A DNA stretch of 64,000 bases from Blastocatellia bacterium. GTDB taxonomy: Bacteria; Acidobacteriota; Blastocatellia; Chloracidobacteriales; JADJPF01. The stretch covers positions 1 to 64,000 of the forward strand of contig JADJPF010000015.1 of the NCBI GenBank assembly GCA_016713405.1. The letters run 5' to 3'. The notes below the pieces were generated by a model, which saw only the letters and a list, made by a program, of their open reading frames with translations, had not been told where the DNA came from and made no database searches. Below, piece by piece: positions 38,142-48,390 of the stretch. How positions within the stretch are numbered: the first letter of the stretch is position 1; each line of letters begins with the position of its first letter. Both the position numbers and the translations under genes were made by a program.

Positions 38142-39266
38142 ATGGGTACAATACTTGTTATTGATGATGATAAATTTATTACAGAAATAATAGCTAGATT
38201 TTTAAATAAGCATAATCATGAAGTATTAAAAGTACATAAAGGTAAAGAAGGTATCAAAATAGCTATAGATACATTACCAGATGTTATTTTACTAGATCAA
38301 GTAATGCCAGATATTGAAGGCACTGCTGTTTGTGAGACCTTAAAAAATGATGAAAGAACAAAAGATATCCCAATAGTTTTTGTTACTTCTAAGGTTGAGT
38401 TAGATGATCAAGTACAAGCCTTAAGACTAGGAGCGCATGACTATATTTGTAAACCTATTGAGCCAAAAGAGTTAATTGCTCGTGTTGAGGCTGCTTTAAG
38501 GATCAAATATCTTCAAGATCAATTAAAAGATAAGTTACGCATTAGCCAAGAATTAGAAGAAACTCGCCAACATTTACTTGAACAATATATGAATTCTATG
38601 TTTGGGCAACTAGCAGAAAGTCTAATGCATGAATTAAATAATCCTTTAATGGCCGTTATTGGACTAGCAGAGCTAGTAAAAGGACGTGGTTTATCTAGAG
38701 ACAATCAATTGTTATCCCATATGGAAATGATTAGAGATATGGGATTAAGGGCTAGTGCTAAACTAAATAGTCTACTCTGTATTGCTAAAGATGAAGGTAG
38801 TAGTATAAGTATTGATGTTAATAAAATTGTTAAAGATGTTGTTGAATTAGTAAATGCACATCTTTTAATTGCAGGTGTGGAGTTAAACTTAATCTTGCAA
38901 GATAACATAAAGGAAATTAAAGGTAATCAAAGTCAAATTGCTAGAGCCATACTAGCCTTAATAAATAATGCTATTGAAGCTACAGAAAAAAGTTCAGATA
39001 TTAGCAATAAAAAAATTGCTGTTCATACATCACAACTACCAACAGGAGAAGTTAGTATAAAAGTCTATAATTTTACAGGACATATTTCTGAAGATATAAA
39101 AGAAAAACTGTTCCAACCCTTTTTTACTACCAAAAAGAGTAATTATCATGCAGGTTTAGGATTATATTTTGTCCAAAATATAGCTAAAGACCATAAAGGT
39201 CATATTAATTGGGAAAGTACATTAGAAAATACTTGGTTTGAGGTAGTTTTACCAGTTAATCTATAG
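38142..39266 (+). CDS. Hybrid response-regulator receiver / histidine kinase
   Basis: N-terminal REC domain (ILVIDDD..., LLDQVMPDIEG, phospho-acceptor context, K at PIVFVTSK). Then a HisKA-like H-box (LMHELNNPL) and HATPase_c (N-box NAIEAT, G-boxes GLGLYF). Start moved to the ATG at 38142. Confidence 0.7.
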   Translation: MGTILVIDDDKFITEIIARFLNKHNHEVLKVHKGKEGIKIAIDTLPDVILLDQVMPDIEGTAVCETLKNDERTKDIPIVFVTSKVELDDQVQALRLGAHDYICKPIEPKELIARVEAALRIKYLQDQLKDKLRISQELEETRQHLLEQYMNSMFGQLAESLMHELNNPLMAVIGLAELVKGRGLSRDNQLLSHMEMIRDMGLRASAKLNSLLCIAKDEGSSISIDVNKIVKDVVELVNAHLLIAGVELNLILQDNIKEIKGNQSQIARAILALINNAIEATEKSSDISNKKIAVHTSQLPTGEVSIKVYNFTGHISEDIKEKLFQPFFTTKKSNYHAGLGLYFVQNIAKDHKGHINWESTLENTWFEVVLPVNL

Positions 39267-39285
39267 ACTCACGTTTTTATTTAGG

Positions 39286-40326
39286 TTAATCTCCTATAGA
39301 TCCAATACTATCTAAAGGCCAATAGCGAAATATTGCTTTACCATAAATATATTTCTCTGGTACTAGTCCCCATGCACGACTGTCATTAGAAGCATCCCGA
39401 TTATCTCCCATTACAAAATAATGGTGTTCATCAACTATCCAATAACGATTGGGTATTACGTTAGATGTATATTCGGCAGAAAGATAAGGCTCAGGTACAT
39501 AACTATTATTAATGTATAATTTACCGTTAGTAATACGGATTTCATCCCCAGGCACACCTATTACTCTTTTAATAAATGATTGACTTGGGTTTTTTGGATA
39601 CCAAAAAACTACTATATCTCCTCTATTTATTGACTCAAATTGGTAAATAAATTTATTAATAAAAATCCGTTCTCCATCATGTAACTTAGGCAACATACTT
39701 GTGCCTTCTACTTTTACTGGTTGAATAACAAAAATAACTATCATTAATGCAACAGTAGCAGCAAAAAGAAAATCCCTAGTTAAAGATTTAGCCTCACTAA
39801 ACCAAACTTTAGAACTAGGAGTTTCTTTGTCTAAATTTACTAACTCTATTTGTAAATCATCTGTAGGTAAAAAACCTTTTAGAGGAGTATTTTTATTAGG
39901 GCGAATATAAAGACTTGGCATTGATAACTTTTGTTTTTTAATTGCTTTTTGACTAGAAATAAACAAATCTTCTTTTGTGCTTTCTTTTAAGGTCAGGGCT
40001 ATCTGATTATTGATTGTTTGGTTTTCTAACATAGCCTTGCCTAGGGCATCAGCTTCATCTATTTCTGTTATTGGCAATGCTTTATCTAAAACTATTTTAT
40101 CTACTAATAAATTTATAGGTTGATCTAATAAACAAGTTGCTGATTGCAGATCTGTTAAAGGTATTTCAATTATATTAGAATTAGTTGTAGATAATACACT
40201 TTGAGCATTTTCACTATCTATGTTATTTTTAAGTAAGTTATCGTGTGTAGTAGGATTATGTTTTTCTGTTTCTAAAGTTGGTTGAAGGTTGTTTTTAACT
40301 TGAGTAGTTAGATCTCTATTTTCCAT
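39286..40326 (-). CDS. lepB: Signal peptidase I with a long N-terminal extension
   Basis: C-terminal catalytic region EGTSMLPKL (Ser box), IKRVIGVPGDEI (Lys box) and GDNRDASNDSR. TM anchor before the catalytic domain. About 160 aa of extra low-complexity N-terminus. Confidence 0.8.
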   Translation of the reverse strand: MENRDLTTQVKNNLQPTLETEKHNPTTHDNLLKNNIDSENAQSVLSTTNSNIIEIPLTDLQSATCLLDQPINLLVDKIVLDKALPITEIDEADALGKAMLENQTINNQIALTLKESTKEDLFISSQKAIKKQKLSMPSLYIRPNKNTPLKGFLPTDDLQIELVNLDKETPSSKVWFSEAKSLTRDFLFAATVALMIVIFVIQPVKVEGTSMLPKLHDGERIFINKFIYQFESINRGDIVVFWYPKNPSQSFIKRVIGVPGDEIRITNGKLYINNSYVPEPYLSAEYTSNVIPNRYWIVDEHHYFVMGDNRDASNDSRAWGLVPEKYIYGKAIFRYWPLDSIGSIGD

Positions 40327-40533
40327 AAAATTTTGTTTATTTGAATTTTTAATAATTTGTATTGCTATTTGAAATTTTCTTTGGCTACAAAATTATAACC
40401 TAAATATACTTAGAGCAAAATAATTCTATTGCCTAATAAGTTAGATAAGAAAATTTTGTTTCAAAAAATTTTTGATTTTTTAAGAACTAAAGCTAATCTT
40501 AAAATTATATGGATAATTTAAGCGATTAAGCTC

Positions 40534-40563
40534 TTGACAGAAAGTAAATAAACAAACTATCTT
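40534..40563 (+). promoter_or_regulatory. Candidate sigma70 promoter for rpmE
   Basis: TTGACA (40534-40539) - 18 nt - tatctt, about 50 nt upstream of the rpmE TTG start. RBS ggagaaaaacc. Confidence 0.3.
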
Positions 40564-40614
40564 TACTGTTTCTGTTTTCAACATACAAATTCTTAACCTA
40601 AGTGGAGAAAAACC

Positions 40615-40824
40615 TTGAAAGAGAAAATTCATCCTCAATACAATGTAATTACTGTTAGTTGTTCTTGTGGAGAACAATTTCAAACTAAATCAACCAAAAA
40701 AGAATTAAGACTAGAAATTTGTTCTGCTTGTCACCCTTTTTATACTGGCAAACAAAAGCTAATTGATACTGCTGGGCGTGTAGATAGATTTAACAAGAAA
40801 TACGCACGCGCTATGCAAAAATAA
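40615..40824 (+). CDS. rpmE: 50S ribosomal protein L31
   Basis: [27 protein letters not shown]...[16 protein letters not shown] is canonical L31 with the Zn-binding CxxC pairs. TTG start at 40615. Confidence 0.9.
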   Translation: MKEKIHPQYNVITVSCSCGEQFQTKSTKKELRLEICSACHPFYTGKQKLIDTAGRVDRFNKKYARAMQK

Positions 40825-41029
40825 GTTACTATAAGCGAGGTTGGAACTGGTGAAATACACGAGAGGAAAAATAAATTAATGTCCACTCATCCAACCAAAC
40901 TAAGCTATATACACTAGCTAACTAAAAACCACAATATTAGTCTTAAGTAAAATGCTACTTTGATAGCGTTACTTAGGTCTAGTGTTGTGGTTTTTGCTTT
41001 TAGTTAAGTTTTTTGCAAAGGGAAATTTT

Positions 41030-42127
41030 ATGAAAGAAGAAGAAATTATTGTTGGTGGACAAGCTGTTATTGAGGGTGTAATGATGCGTGTGCCAAATGC
41101 TTATGCTGTGGCTGTACGCCGTCCCGATGGAGAGATAGTTAGCTTACAAGAAAAACTTCCTCAACATAATATAAAATTCCCTTTGTTAAAGTTACCTATA
41201 GTTAGAGGTAGCGTTACTTTAATACATTCAATGTTACTTGGGGTTAAAGCCTTAACATTTAGTGCTAATGTAGCAATTGAAGCCGAAGAAATAGCAGCAG
41301 GTAAAACGCCAACAAAGAATACTCAAACTACAATTTTTGCTATTTTGCCTGCAATTGGGTTTAATTTACTGATTTTTGTCTTTCTACCATTGTTTTTAAC
41401 AAATCTGATTTTTTTAATGGCACGTGGGGAAAATTTTGAGAAATACCATCAACAAAATTTAATAAACAACCATCAAAGCATTGAAAGCCCAAACAACACA
41501 GGTACTTGGCAAAATAAAGCTTATGAAACGCTAGAAAAAGTAAAATTTTATGTTCGACCCGTTAGACCATCTCTACTTTTTAACTTAGTAGATGGTGTAA
41601 TTCGTATGTTGTTATTTTTAAGTTTTATTACTTTGATTTCTCGAATGGATGATATTAAAAGAGTCTTTCAATATCATGGGGCAGAACATAAGGTTGTTTA
41701 TAATTGGGAATCTGGCAAAGCCTTAACTGTTGAAAACGCTCGTTGTCAACCACGTCAACATCCTCGCTGTGGTACATCATTCTTAATGATTGTTATGTTA
41801 GTAAGTATTATTACTTTTTCTATTATTAAATTTGACACTTTTTTGTTGAATTTTCTAGCTAGAATTTTTTTAATTCCTTTAGTTGCAGGAGTTTCTTATG
41901 AATTTATTCGTTTTTCTGCCCGATGTTTAGCAAACAAAGATGGAAATCTAAAAACTAAAAATGTTTTAGCTGTAGCGTTATTTCAATTTTTAACTGCTCC
42001 AGGGCTTTGGCTACAAAATATTACTACTCAAGAGCCATCTGATGATCAATTGGAAGTAGCTATTTATGCCTTAAAAAAAGCCTTAGAAGTAGAAAATCCA
42101 ACTACTCTACAATTAGCCGCAGATTGA
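41030..42127 (+). CDS. DUF1385 (YqhQ-like) membrane protein, conserved neighbour of prfA
   Basis: MKEEEIIVGGQAVIEGVMMRVPNAYAVAVRRPDGEIV is the DUF1385 N-terminal signature. Multiple TM helices. The rpmE-DUF1385-prfA gene order is conserved. Confidence 0.75.
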   Translation: MKEEEIIVGGQAVIEGVMMRVPNAYAVAVRRPDGEIVSLQEKLPQHNIKFPLLKLPIVRGSVTLIHSMLLGVKALTFSANVAIEAEEIAAGKTPTKNTQTTIFAILPAIGFNLLIFVFLPLFLTNLIFLMARGENFEKYHQQNLINNHQSIESPNNTGTWQNKAYETLEKVKFYVRPVRPSLLFNLVDGVIRMLLFLSFITLISRMDDIKRVFQYHGAEHKVVYNWESGKALTVENARCQPRQHPRCGTSFLMIVMLVSIITFSIIKFDTFLLNFLARIFLIPLVAGVSYEFIRFSARCLANKDGNLKTKNVLAVALFQFLTAPGLWLQNITTQEPSDDQLEVAIYALKKALEVENPTTLQLAAD

Positions 42128-42194
42128 TATTAGAAAGCTAAAACACTCAACGGATTGCTTAATAAAATTTACTTGAGATTATAGAGGCAAAGTT

Positions 42195-43271
42195 ATGTTT
42201 GAAAAATTAGCGTCAATAGAAAATAAATATGAAGAATTAGCTCAACAAATGAGCGACCAAGAAATTTTGTCTGACCCTAGTCGTTACACAAAAATTGCTA
42301 AACAACATCGTGACTTAACAGAAGTTGTTAATAAATATCGTATTTATAAAACTTCTTTAGATGAATTGGAACAAGCCAATGAACTCTTAAGAGAGTGTGA
42401 CGATCCAGAAATGCGAGCCTTAGCTAGAGAAGAAGTTGGTAGTGAAGAAAAAAGACTTTCTCAGACAGAAGAAGAATTAAAAGTATTACTACTACCAAAA
42501 GACCCAAATGATGATAAAAACGTGTTGTTAGAAGTTCGTGCTGGCACAGGTGGCGACGAAGCTGCGCTTTTTGCAGCAGAAATTTTCCGTATGTATGCCC
42601 GTTATGCTGAACGTCACGGATGGAAGCTAACAGTTTTAGATTCTTCTGAAACAGGTATTGGGGGGCTTAAAGAAGCTGTAGCAATGATTGAAGGCGATAA
42701 AGTTTATTCTAAGCTTAAACATGAATCAGGTGTTCATCGTGTTCAACGTGTTCCACAAACGGAAAGCTCTGGGCGTATTCATACTTCTGCTGTAACAGTT
42801 GCTGTTTTACCTGAAGCAGAAGACGTTGATGTTCATATAGATATGAAAGATCTAAGAATTGATACTTTTTGCTCTTCTGGGCCAGGGGGTCAATCAGTAA
42901 ATACTACATATTCTGCTGTAAGACTTACTCATATTCCTACTAACACCGTAGTTTCTTGTCAGGATGAAAAATCTCAAATTAAAAATAGAGAAAAAGCTAT
43001 GCGAGTTCTACGCTCTCGTTTGTTAGAAGTTGAGCGACAAAAACAACAAGATGCAATCTCTGCTGAAAGAAAGCAACAAGTTGGCTCAGGTGATCGTAGC
43101 GAGAAAATTCGTACCTATAATTTTAAGGATAACCGAGTTTCAGACCATCGAATTGGTTACACTGTTCATCAATTGGATATGTTTATGGATGGAGAAATCG
43201 GAGATCTAATCCAAGCACTTATTACTTATTATCAAGCAGAAAAACTACGTCAACAAGCTGAAGCAGCCTAA
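42195..43271 (+). CDS. prfA: Peptide chain release factor 1
   Basis: 358 aa. PxT-type stop-codon recognition region and the GGQ motif ([23 protein letters not shown]). Confidence 0.9.
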   Translation: MFEKLASIENKYEELAQQMSDQEILSDPSRYTKIAKQHRDLTEVVNKYRIYKTSLDELEQANELLRECDDPEMRALAREEVGSEEKRLSQTEEELKVLLLPKDPNDDKNVLLEVRAGTGGDEAALFAAEIFRMYARYAERHGWKLTVLDSSETGIGGLKEAVAMIEGDKVYSKLKHESGVHRVQRVPQTESSGRIHTSAVTVAVLPEAEDVDVHIDMKDLRIDTFCSSGPGGQSVNTTYSAVRLTHIPTNTVVSCQDEKSQIKNREKAMRVLRSRLLEVERQKQQDAISAERKQQVGSGDRSEKIRTYNFKDNRVSDHRIGYTVHQLDMFMDGEIGDLIQALITYYQAEKLRQQAEAA

Positions 43272-43365
43272 ACAAATTAATATAAATGTTTAGAAATTGG
43301 CTAAAAGCTGTGTAAAGTATTTAGGCAATTTTAAGTATTCATACTTGTAAGCTATGCTAAAGAAT

Positions 43366-43396
43366 AAAACCTGCTAACACAGGTTTTATTTTTTTA
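43366..43396 (+). terminator. Rho-independent terminator after prfA
   Basis: aaaacctg-ctaaca-caggtttt followed by attttttta. Confidence 0.65.
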
Positions 43397-43522
43397 TAAA
43401 AAAGGCAAAATTATCTAAAATTTACACTTTCGCCAGTAAATTTCCAAACTTGTAAATAAGTGATTAAGTCTAATGAGGCAAATGAGCAAACCAATAAGAA
43501 AAAATTTAGGAGGCTCGAAAAG

Positions 43523-44722
43523 ATGCGCTTAATTATTTGCTTTTTTTTATTATTTTTAACTTTAACTTGGAGCAATGTTGCTTTAGCTCAAACTCAAACA
43601 AACACACCTGCTACAACTCAAGCCAATCCTAGGATTTTAGGCGAAGTGAAAGAAATTAATAAACAACAAAACTATTTAACAATTAAAACTCCTAATGGAG
43701 AATTTCGCGTTAATGTAGCAAGTAATGTTGTTTGTAAACGTGTTGCTCCTGATGCAAAAACTCTGGATGGAGCAGAAGAAATTACTTTTACTGATATTAT
43801 GGCTGGAGATCGTGTCTGGGCTAGAAATACTACTGCCGAAACTACACCAAATTCAGTACAAGCTAAACAACTTGTTTTAATGAGTGCTACTTCTATTGCT
43901 GAGCGTAATCGCCAAGAAAGAGATAGTTGGCAACGTAGGGGGGTTGTTGGTGAAATTACTGAGATAAATTCAACTACCAAAGAAGCTACAGTGAAGTTAA
44001 GAAATGGAAGCACTATGGTAGTAACAGTTACCCCTCAAGCAGATGTTCGCCGCTATCCCCCAGGATCAGTTGAGTTTACAGATTCTAAACCAATAAGTTT
44101 TGAAGAAATTAAAATAGGGGACACTATTTTTGGACGTGGTGAGCGTAGCGAAGATGGAAAGAATTTTCGTGCAGAAATGCTAATTACAGGTGATGTTCCT
44201 CGTCCAACTTTTGGGCAAATTGTTTCTATCAACTTAGAAAAACAAGAAATTATAGTAAGAGGCCAAGGACAAGAAACCCTCATACAAGTAACTGCACAAA
44301 CTCTTCTACGTAATATGCCAGAAAATCTAGGTGGCCCAGCGGCTACAGACCCAAATAGACCTCCAAGAACAAATAACCCAGATCAAACTAATCAAACTAA
44401 CCAAGTTAATCAAACTAACCAAGCTAACCAAGCTAATGCTACTGGGCAAAGTCCAAATCCTGCTCGTCGGGAAGGTTTTCAAGGTGGGCGAGGTGGTATG
44501 TTTAACCCTAATGAAATGATAGAAAGACTACGTAATGCACCAGCAATACAATTAACAGATCTAAAAGCAGGAGAATTTATTGTTGTTAACGGGCCAAAAC
44601 TAGAAGATGGTAAATCTATTAAGGCTTTATTTTTGGTTAAATTACGCATTCCTACCAATAATCAAAATACCCCCGCAATTAGTCCTAATGGCGGTGGCTT
44701 TGGGGAAATAGGGCCACAATAA
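43523..44722 (+). CDS. Secreted repetitive protein with an NQTNQ low-complexity tract
   Basis: ATG at 43523 with RBS taggagg. Signal peptide MRLIICFFLLFLTLTWSNVALAQ. Repeated beta-rich modules (GEVKEINKQQNYLTIKT..., GEITEINSTTKEATVKL..., GQIVSINLEKQEIIVRG...). Asn/Gln/Thr tandem tract. Confidence 0.55.
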   Translation: MRLIICFFLLFLTLTWSNVALAQTQTNTPATTQANPRILGEVKEINKQQNYLTIKTPNGEFRVNVASNVVCKRVAPDAKTLDGAEEITFTDIMAGDRVWARNTTAETTPNSVQAKQLVLMSATSIAERNRQERDSWQRRGVVGEITEINSTTKEATVKLRNGSTMVVTVTPQADVRRYPPGSVEFTDSKPISFEEIKIGDTIFGRGERSEDGKNFRAEMLITGDVPRPTFGQIVSINLEKQEIIVRGQGQETLIQVTAQTLLRNMPENLGGPAATDPNRPPRTNNPDQTNQTNQVNQTNQANQANATGQSPNPARREGFQGGRGGMFNPNEMIERLRNAPAIQLTDLKAGEFIVVNGPKLEDGKSIKALFLVKLRIPTNNQNTPAISPNGGGFGEIGPQ

Positions 44723-44807
44723 AGGGGGGTTAAAAATGAAAAAATTAAGTAAATGGAAAAGAGAATTTTTCCTAAATTGCTGTTTAGAAATTGCTAGGTT
44801 AGTTGGT

Positions 44808-47681
44808 ATGGTTGGGCTTACTTTTTGTTTAGTTTCCACAAGTTATGCACAATCTAAGCAAAATACTAAGTTAAAAGGACAGGTTTTAGATGAATCTGGG
44901 GCAAGTTTAGCTGGTGCAGAAGTTACATTAACTGAGGTTAATGGTAAAACTACTCAAACTGTTTCTTCTGAAAAAGGAGACTTTGAATTTTCAAGAGTTG
45001 ATTTTGGTACTTACACTCTAACTGTTTATGTACCAGGCTTTACTGTTTATGAAAGTTCAACTTTTAGCGTTGGAAATACTTCTCTTACACCTTTAGAAGT
45101 TCGTCTTGCTGTAGCTGCTGTAACAGAACAAGTTACAGTAGATTCTAGCTCTCCTGTTAGTCTTTCTTCAGAAAATAATGCTACAGCAATAGTATTAAAA
45201 GAAAAAGATTTAGAATCGTTACCAGAAGATCCAGATGAACTAGCTAGCGCGTTACAAGAATTAGCAGGCCCGGCTGCTGGCCCAAATGGAGCGCAACTTT
45301 TTGTTGATGGTTTTAACGGTCTTCGTGTTCCTCCAAAAGGCTCTATTAGGGAAATTCGTATTAATTCTAATCCTTTTTCTGCTGAATATGACCGTCTTGG
45401 TTTTGGGCGAATTGAAATTTTAACTAAGCCTGGACTTGATAAATTACATGGTGAAACTTTCTTTAATTTTAATGATGAAAGTCTTAATGCTCGCAATGCT
45501 TTTGCTCCTTTTCGCGCACCGCTTCAAATAAGACGTTTTGGAGGTAATTTATCTGGAGCAATTAAGCCTAAAAAAGCTTCATTTTTCTTGGATTTTGAAC
45601 GTCGAGAAACAGACGAAAATACTTCAATTAATGCCACTATTTTAGATAACAACCTTTTTGCTGTTCCTTTTTCTGATGTAATCTTAACTCCTCAAAGGTT
45701 TACTACTTTTTCAACTCGTGTAGATTATCAACTAGATCAAAAGACTACTCTTGTAGGACGTTATAGCTTTACAGATATTAGTAGACAAAATCAAGGAATA
45801 GGTAATTTTGCTTTAGATTCTCGCGGTTTTGATAGCACGATTCGTAATAATGTACTAAACTTTACTGCCACAACAATTATTAGTCCTAAAGTCATTAATG
45901 AAATACGTTTGCAGATGACTCGGCAATCATCTACAAGTCAAGGGGATAATTCCACGCCTTCGCTTAATGTTTTAGGGGCATTTTCTGGAGGAGGTGCGCA
46001 AGTAGGGCTTAATCGTCGAACAGAAGATAGTTTTGAGTTACAAGATTATATTTCTTATGCCTTAAGTACTCATACCTTAAAAACAGGTGTAAGGCTTCGT
46101 GGAACTAGAATAACTACCAGCAACACAGAAAATTTTGGAGGAAGCTATAGTTTTGCTGGTGATGTTAATCGTGATCCAATTACAGGATTACCCGTAGGTG
46201 GGACAATTACTAGTTTAGAGCATTTTCGCCGTACTTTATTGGGTTTGCCTGGTTATCGTCCTTCTCAATTTTCTGTTAATTCAGGAGATCCTTTTGTTTC
46301 TGTCAATCAATATGATGTAGGGCTTTTTGTACAGGATGAATGGAAAGCAAAACAAAATCTAACGGTTTCTTTGGGCCTACGTTATGAAGCACAAACAAAT
46401 CTAAATGCAAAATATAATTTTGCTCCACGCATTGCTGTTGCTTATGCTCCTCGTTCAGGTGCCAACAATTCAGCCAACAAGCTAGCAACTGTAATTCGCG
46501 GAGGTTTTGGCATTTTTTATGATCGGTTTAGTGAGGGTTTTACTTTAGAATCCCGTCGCTTAGATGGAAATCATATTACCCAATTTATCGCTACTAATCC
46601 TGACTTTTTTCCAAATATTCCTGATCTTTCTAGTTTGACAGCATTAAGACCTATTCGCCGTCAAATTGAGCCTAATTTGGAATCTCCTTATGTAATGCAA
46701 TTTGCTTTAGGAGTGGAACAACAACTTCCTTATCAATTAGTTACAACGGTAAATTACTTATTTGCTCGTGGTAATCATCTTTTACGCTCACGTAATATAA
46801 ACGCGCCGTTGCCAGGCACTTTTACTGGTATTCCTGGGTCAGGCATTCGCCCACTAGGAAATATTGGAGATATTTATCTTTATGAAGCAAGTGGGATTTC
46901 TAAAATGCACCAACTACGAGTTGGACTTTCACGTCGATTAGGGCGGGTTAGTTTCTTTTCTAGTTATGCTTATACAAAAGCTGATACTGATGCAAATGGA
47001 GCAAATGATTTTCCTGCTAATAGTTTTAATCTAGCTCCTGAATATGGAAGAAGTTCTTTACAAGTAAGCCATCAAGTATTTTTAGGTAGTACAATCACCG
47101 CACCTTATGGAATTAGAGTCAATCCTTTTTTAATAATTCGTTCAGGTCGTCCATTTGATATTACCACTGGGCGAGACAATAATGGGGATACTCGTTTTAC
47201 TGATCGCCCCTCTTTAGTTGCACCAGGAACACCTGGCAGTATTACAACAGAATTTGGCACTTTTAACCCAAACCCTAGACATGGTGAGCAAATTATCACA
47301 CCAAATTTAGGTGATGGGCCAGGTTTTGCATCCTTAAACTTGTCTTTAAGTCGCACTTTTAGCTTTGGTACTAAGCAAGCTGATGCAAATACTCAAGTTA
47401 GTGGCGGTGGAGGCCCAGTTGCAGGTGGTTTTGGTGGTGTGGCAGGTCGTGGAGGCCCGGGTGGTGGACGTGGTGGCGGTGGACGTGGCCCAGGTGGATT
47501 TGGTGATGCAGGAGATGGTAATAAACGCTTTAATATGGTACTTACATTTAGAGCCTCTAATTTATTTAATCGTACTAACTTAGGGGGTTTTACAGGTTCT
47601 CTAGGTTCACCAATTTTTGGGACTGCTAATTTTGCTAGTGAAGCAAGACGAATTGAAATGCAGATGCGCTTCCGCTTCTAA
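44808..47681 (+). CDS. TonB-dependent receptor-like outer-membrane protein with an N-terminal CarboxypepD_reg domain
   Basis: Signal peptide MVGLTFCLVSTSYAQ, then LKGQVLDESGASLAGAEVTL...FEFSRVDFGTYTLTV (carboxypeptidase-regulatory-like fold). Long beta-barrel region with a C-terminal aromatic end (...MQMRFRF). Confidence 0.75.
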   Translation: MVGLTFCLVSTSYAQSKQNTKLKGQVLDESGASLAGAEVTLTEVNGKTTQTVSSEKGDFEFSRVDFGTYTLTVYVPGFTVYESSTFSVGNTSLTPLEVRLAVAAVTEQVTVDSSSPVSLSSENNATAIVLKEKDLESLPEDPDELASALQELAGPAAGPNGAQLFVDGFNGLRVPPKGSIREIRINSNPFSAEYDRLGFGRIEILTKPGLDKLHGETFFNFNDESLNARNAFAPFRAPLQIRRFGGNLSGAIKPKKASFFLDFERRETDENTSINATILDNNLFAVPFSDVILTPQRFTTFSTRVDYQLDQKTTLVGRYSFTDISRQNQGIGNFALDSRGFDSTIRNNVLNFTATTIISPKVINEIRLQMTRQSSTSQGDNSTPSLNVLGAFSGGGAQVGLNRRTEDSFELQDYISYALSTHTLKTGVRLRGTRITTSNTENFGGSYSFAGDVNRDPITGLPVGGTITSLEHFRRTLLGLPGYRPSQFSVNSGDPFVSVNQYDVGLFVQDEWKAKQNLTVSLGLRYEAQTNLNAKYNFAPRIAVAYAPRSGANNSANKLATVIRGGFGIFYDRFSEGFTLESRRLDGNHITQFIATNPDFFPNIPDLSSLTALRPIRRQIEPNLESPYVMQFALGVEQQLPYQLVTTVNYLFARGNHLLRSRNINAPLPGTFTGIPGSGIRPLGNIGDIYLYEASGISKMHQLRVGLSRRLGRVSFFSSYAYTKADTDANGANDFPANSFNLAPEYGRSSLQVSHQVFLGSTITAPYGIRVNPFLIIRSGRPFDITTGRDNNGDTRFTDRPSLVAPGTPGSITTEFGTFNPNPRHGEQIITPNLGDGPGFASLNLSLSRTFSFGTKQADANTQVSGGGGPVAGGFGGVAGRGGPGGGRGGGGRGPGGFGDAGDGNKRFNMVLTFRASNLFNRTNLGGFTGSLGSPIFGTANFASEARRIEMQMRFRF

Positions 47682-47707
47682 TAAGTTTTACTGGGTTTCT
47701 TAACTTA

Positions 47708-47745
47708 AAATAGCCAGACTAAAACTAGTCTGGCTATTTTGTTTA
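47708..47745 (+). terminator. Rho-independent terminator after the TonB-dependent receptor gene
   Basis: aatagccagacta-aaac-tagtctggctatt (13-bp stem) followed by ttgtttatt. Confidence 0.65.
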
Positions 47746-47907
47746 TTATCTACTTTTTAACAAGGAGATTACAGCCCATTTTTCTTATTTCAAACTTACG
47801 TTAAGTAAATACTGCAAATACACTTAAGTTTATTAGATTGTTGTTTAAGTTATATATGTTAAAATGGGTCGTCTGCAAAATAGTAAAATATTGAGAAAAG
47901 ACAAATT

Positions 47908-48360
47908 ATGCAAATAATTGAAATAAATGAAGTTACAAAAATACTACAAACTGCAATTTCTCCTGTAGTTTTAGTTTCAGGTGTTGGGTTATTAGTACTT
48001 TCTATGACAAATCGATTTGCTAGAACTACGGATCGCGCTAGGGCTTTAGCAAGGGAGATTGAGGAGAAAAATATTGCTACAGATGATGTAAATAACTTAA
48101 AAGCTCAAATAGGAATACTTTATAAGCGTTCAAAAATACTAATGTTTTCTATTAGTTTTGCTATTACTAGTATATTTTTTGTTTCTTTATTAATAATAGC
48201 TCTATTTTCTGCCTCCACATTAGGGCTACATATTAACATTATAATAACAATTTTTTTTGTACTTAGCCTTATTTCTTTAACTATTTCCTTAGTTTTATTT
48301 ATTAAAGAGATAAGTTCATCTCTAAAAGCATTAAAACTAGAAATCAAAGAGCTTTTATAA
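47908..48360 (+). CDS. DUF2721-like small membrane protein
   Basis: 150 aa, two TM segments. The N-terminus resembles DUF2721 (ISPVVLVSGVGLLVLSMTNRFARTTDRAR). Confidence 0.5.
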   Translation: MQIIEINEVTKILQTAISPVVLVSGVGLLVLSMTNRFARTTDRARALAREIEEKNIATDDVNNLKAQIGILYKRSKILMFSISFAITSIFFVSLLIIALFSASTLGLHINIIITIFFVLSLISLTISLVLFIKEISSSLKALKLEIKELL

Positions 48361-48390
48361 TAGGTGATTTCTAGTTTTAGATGGCTTTCT

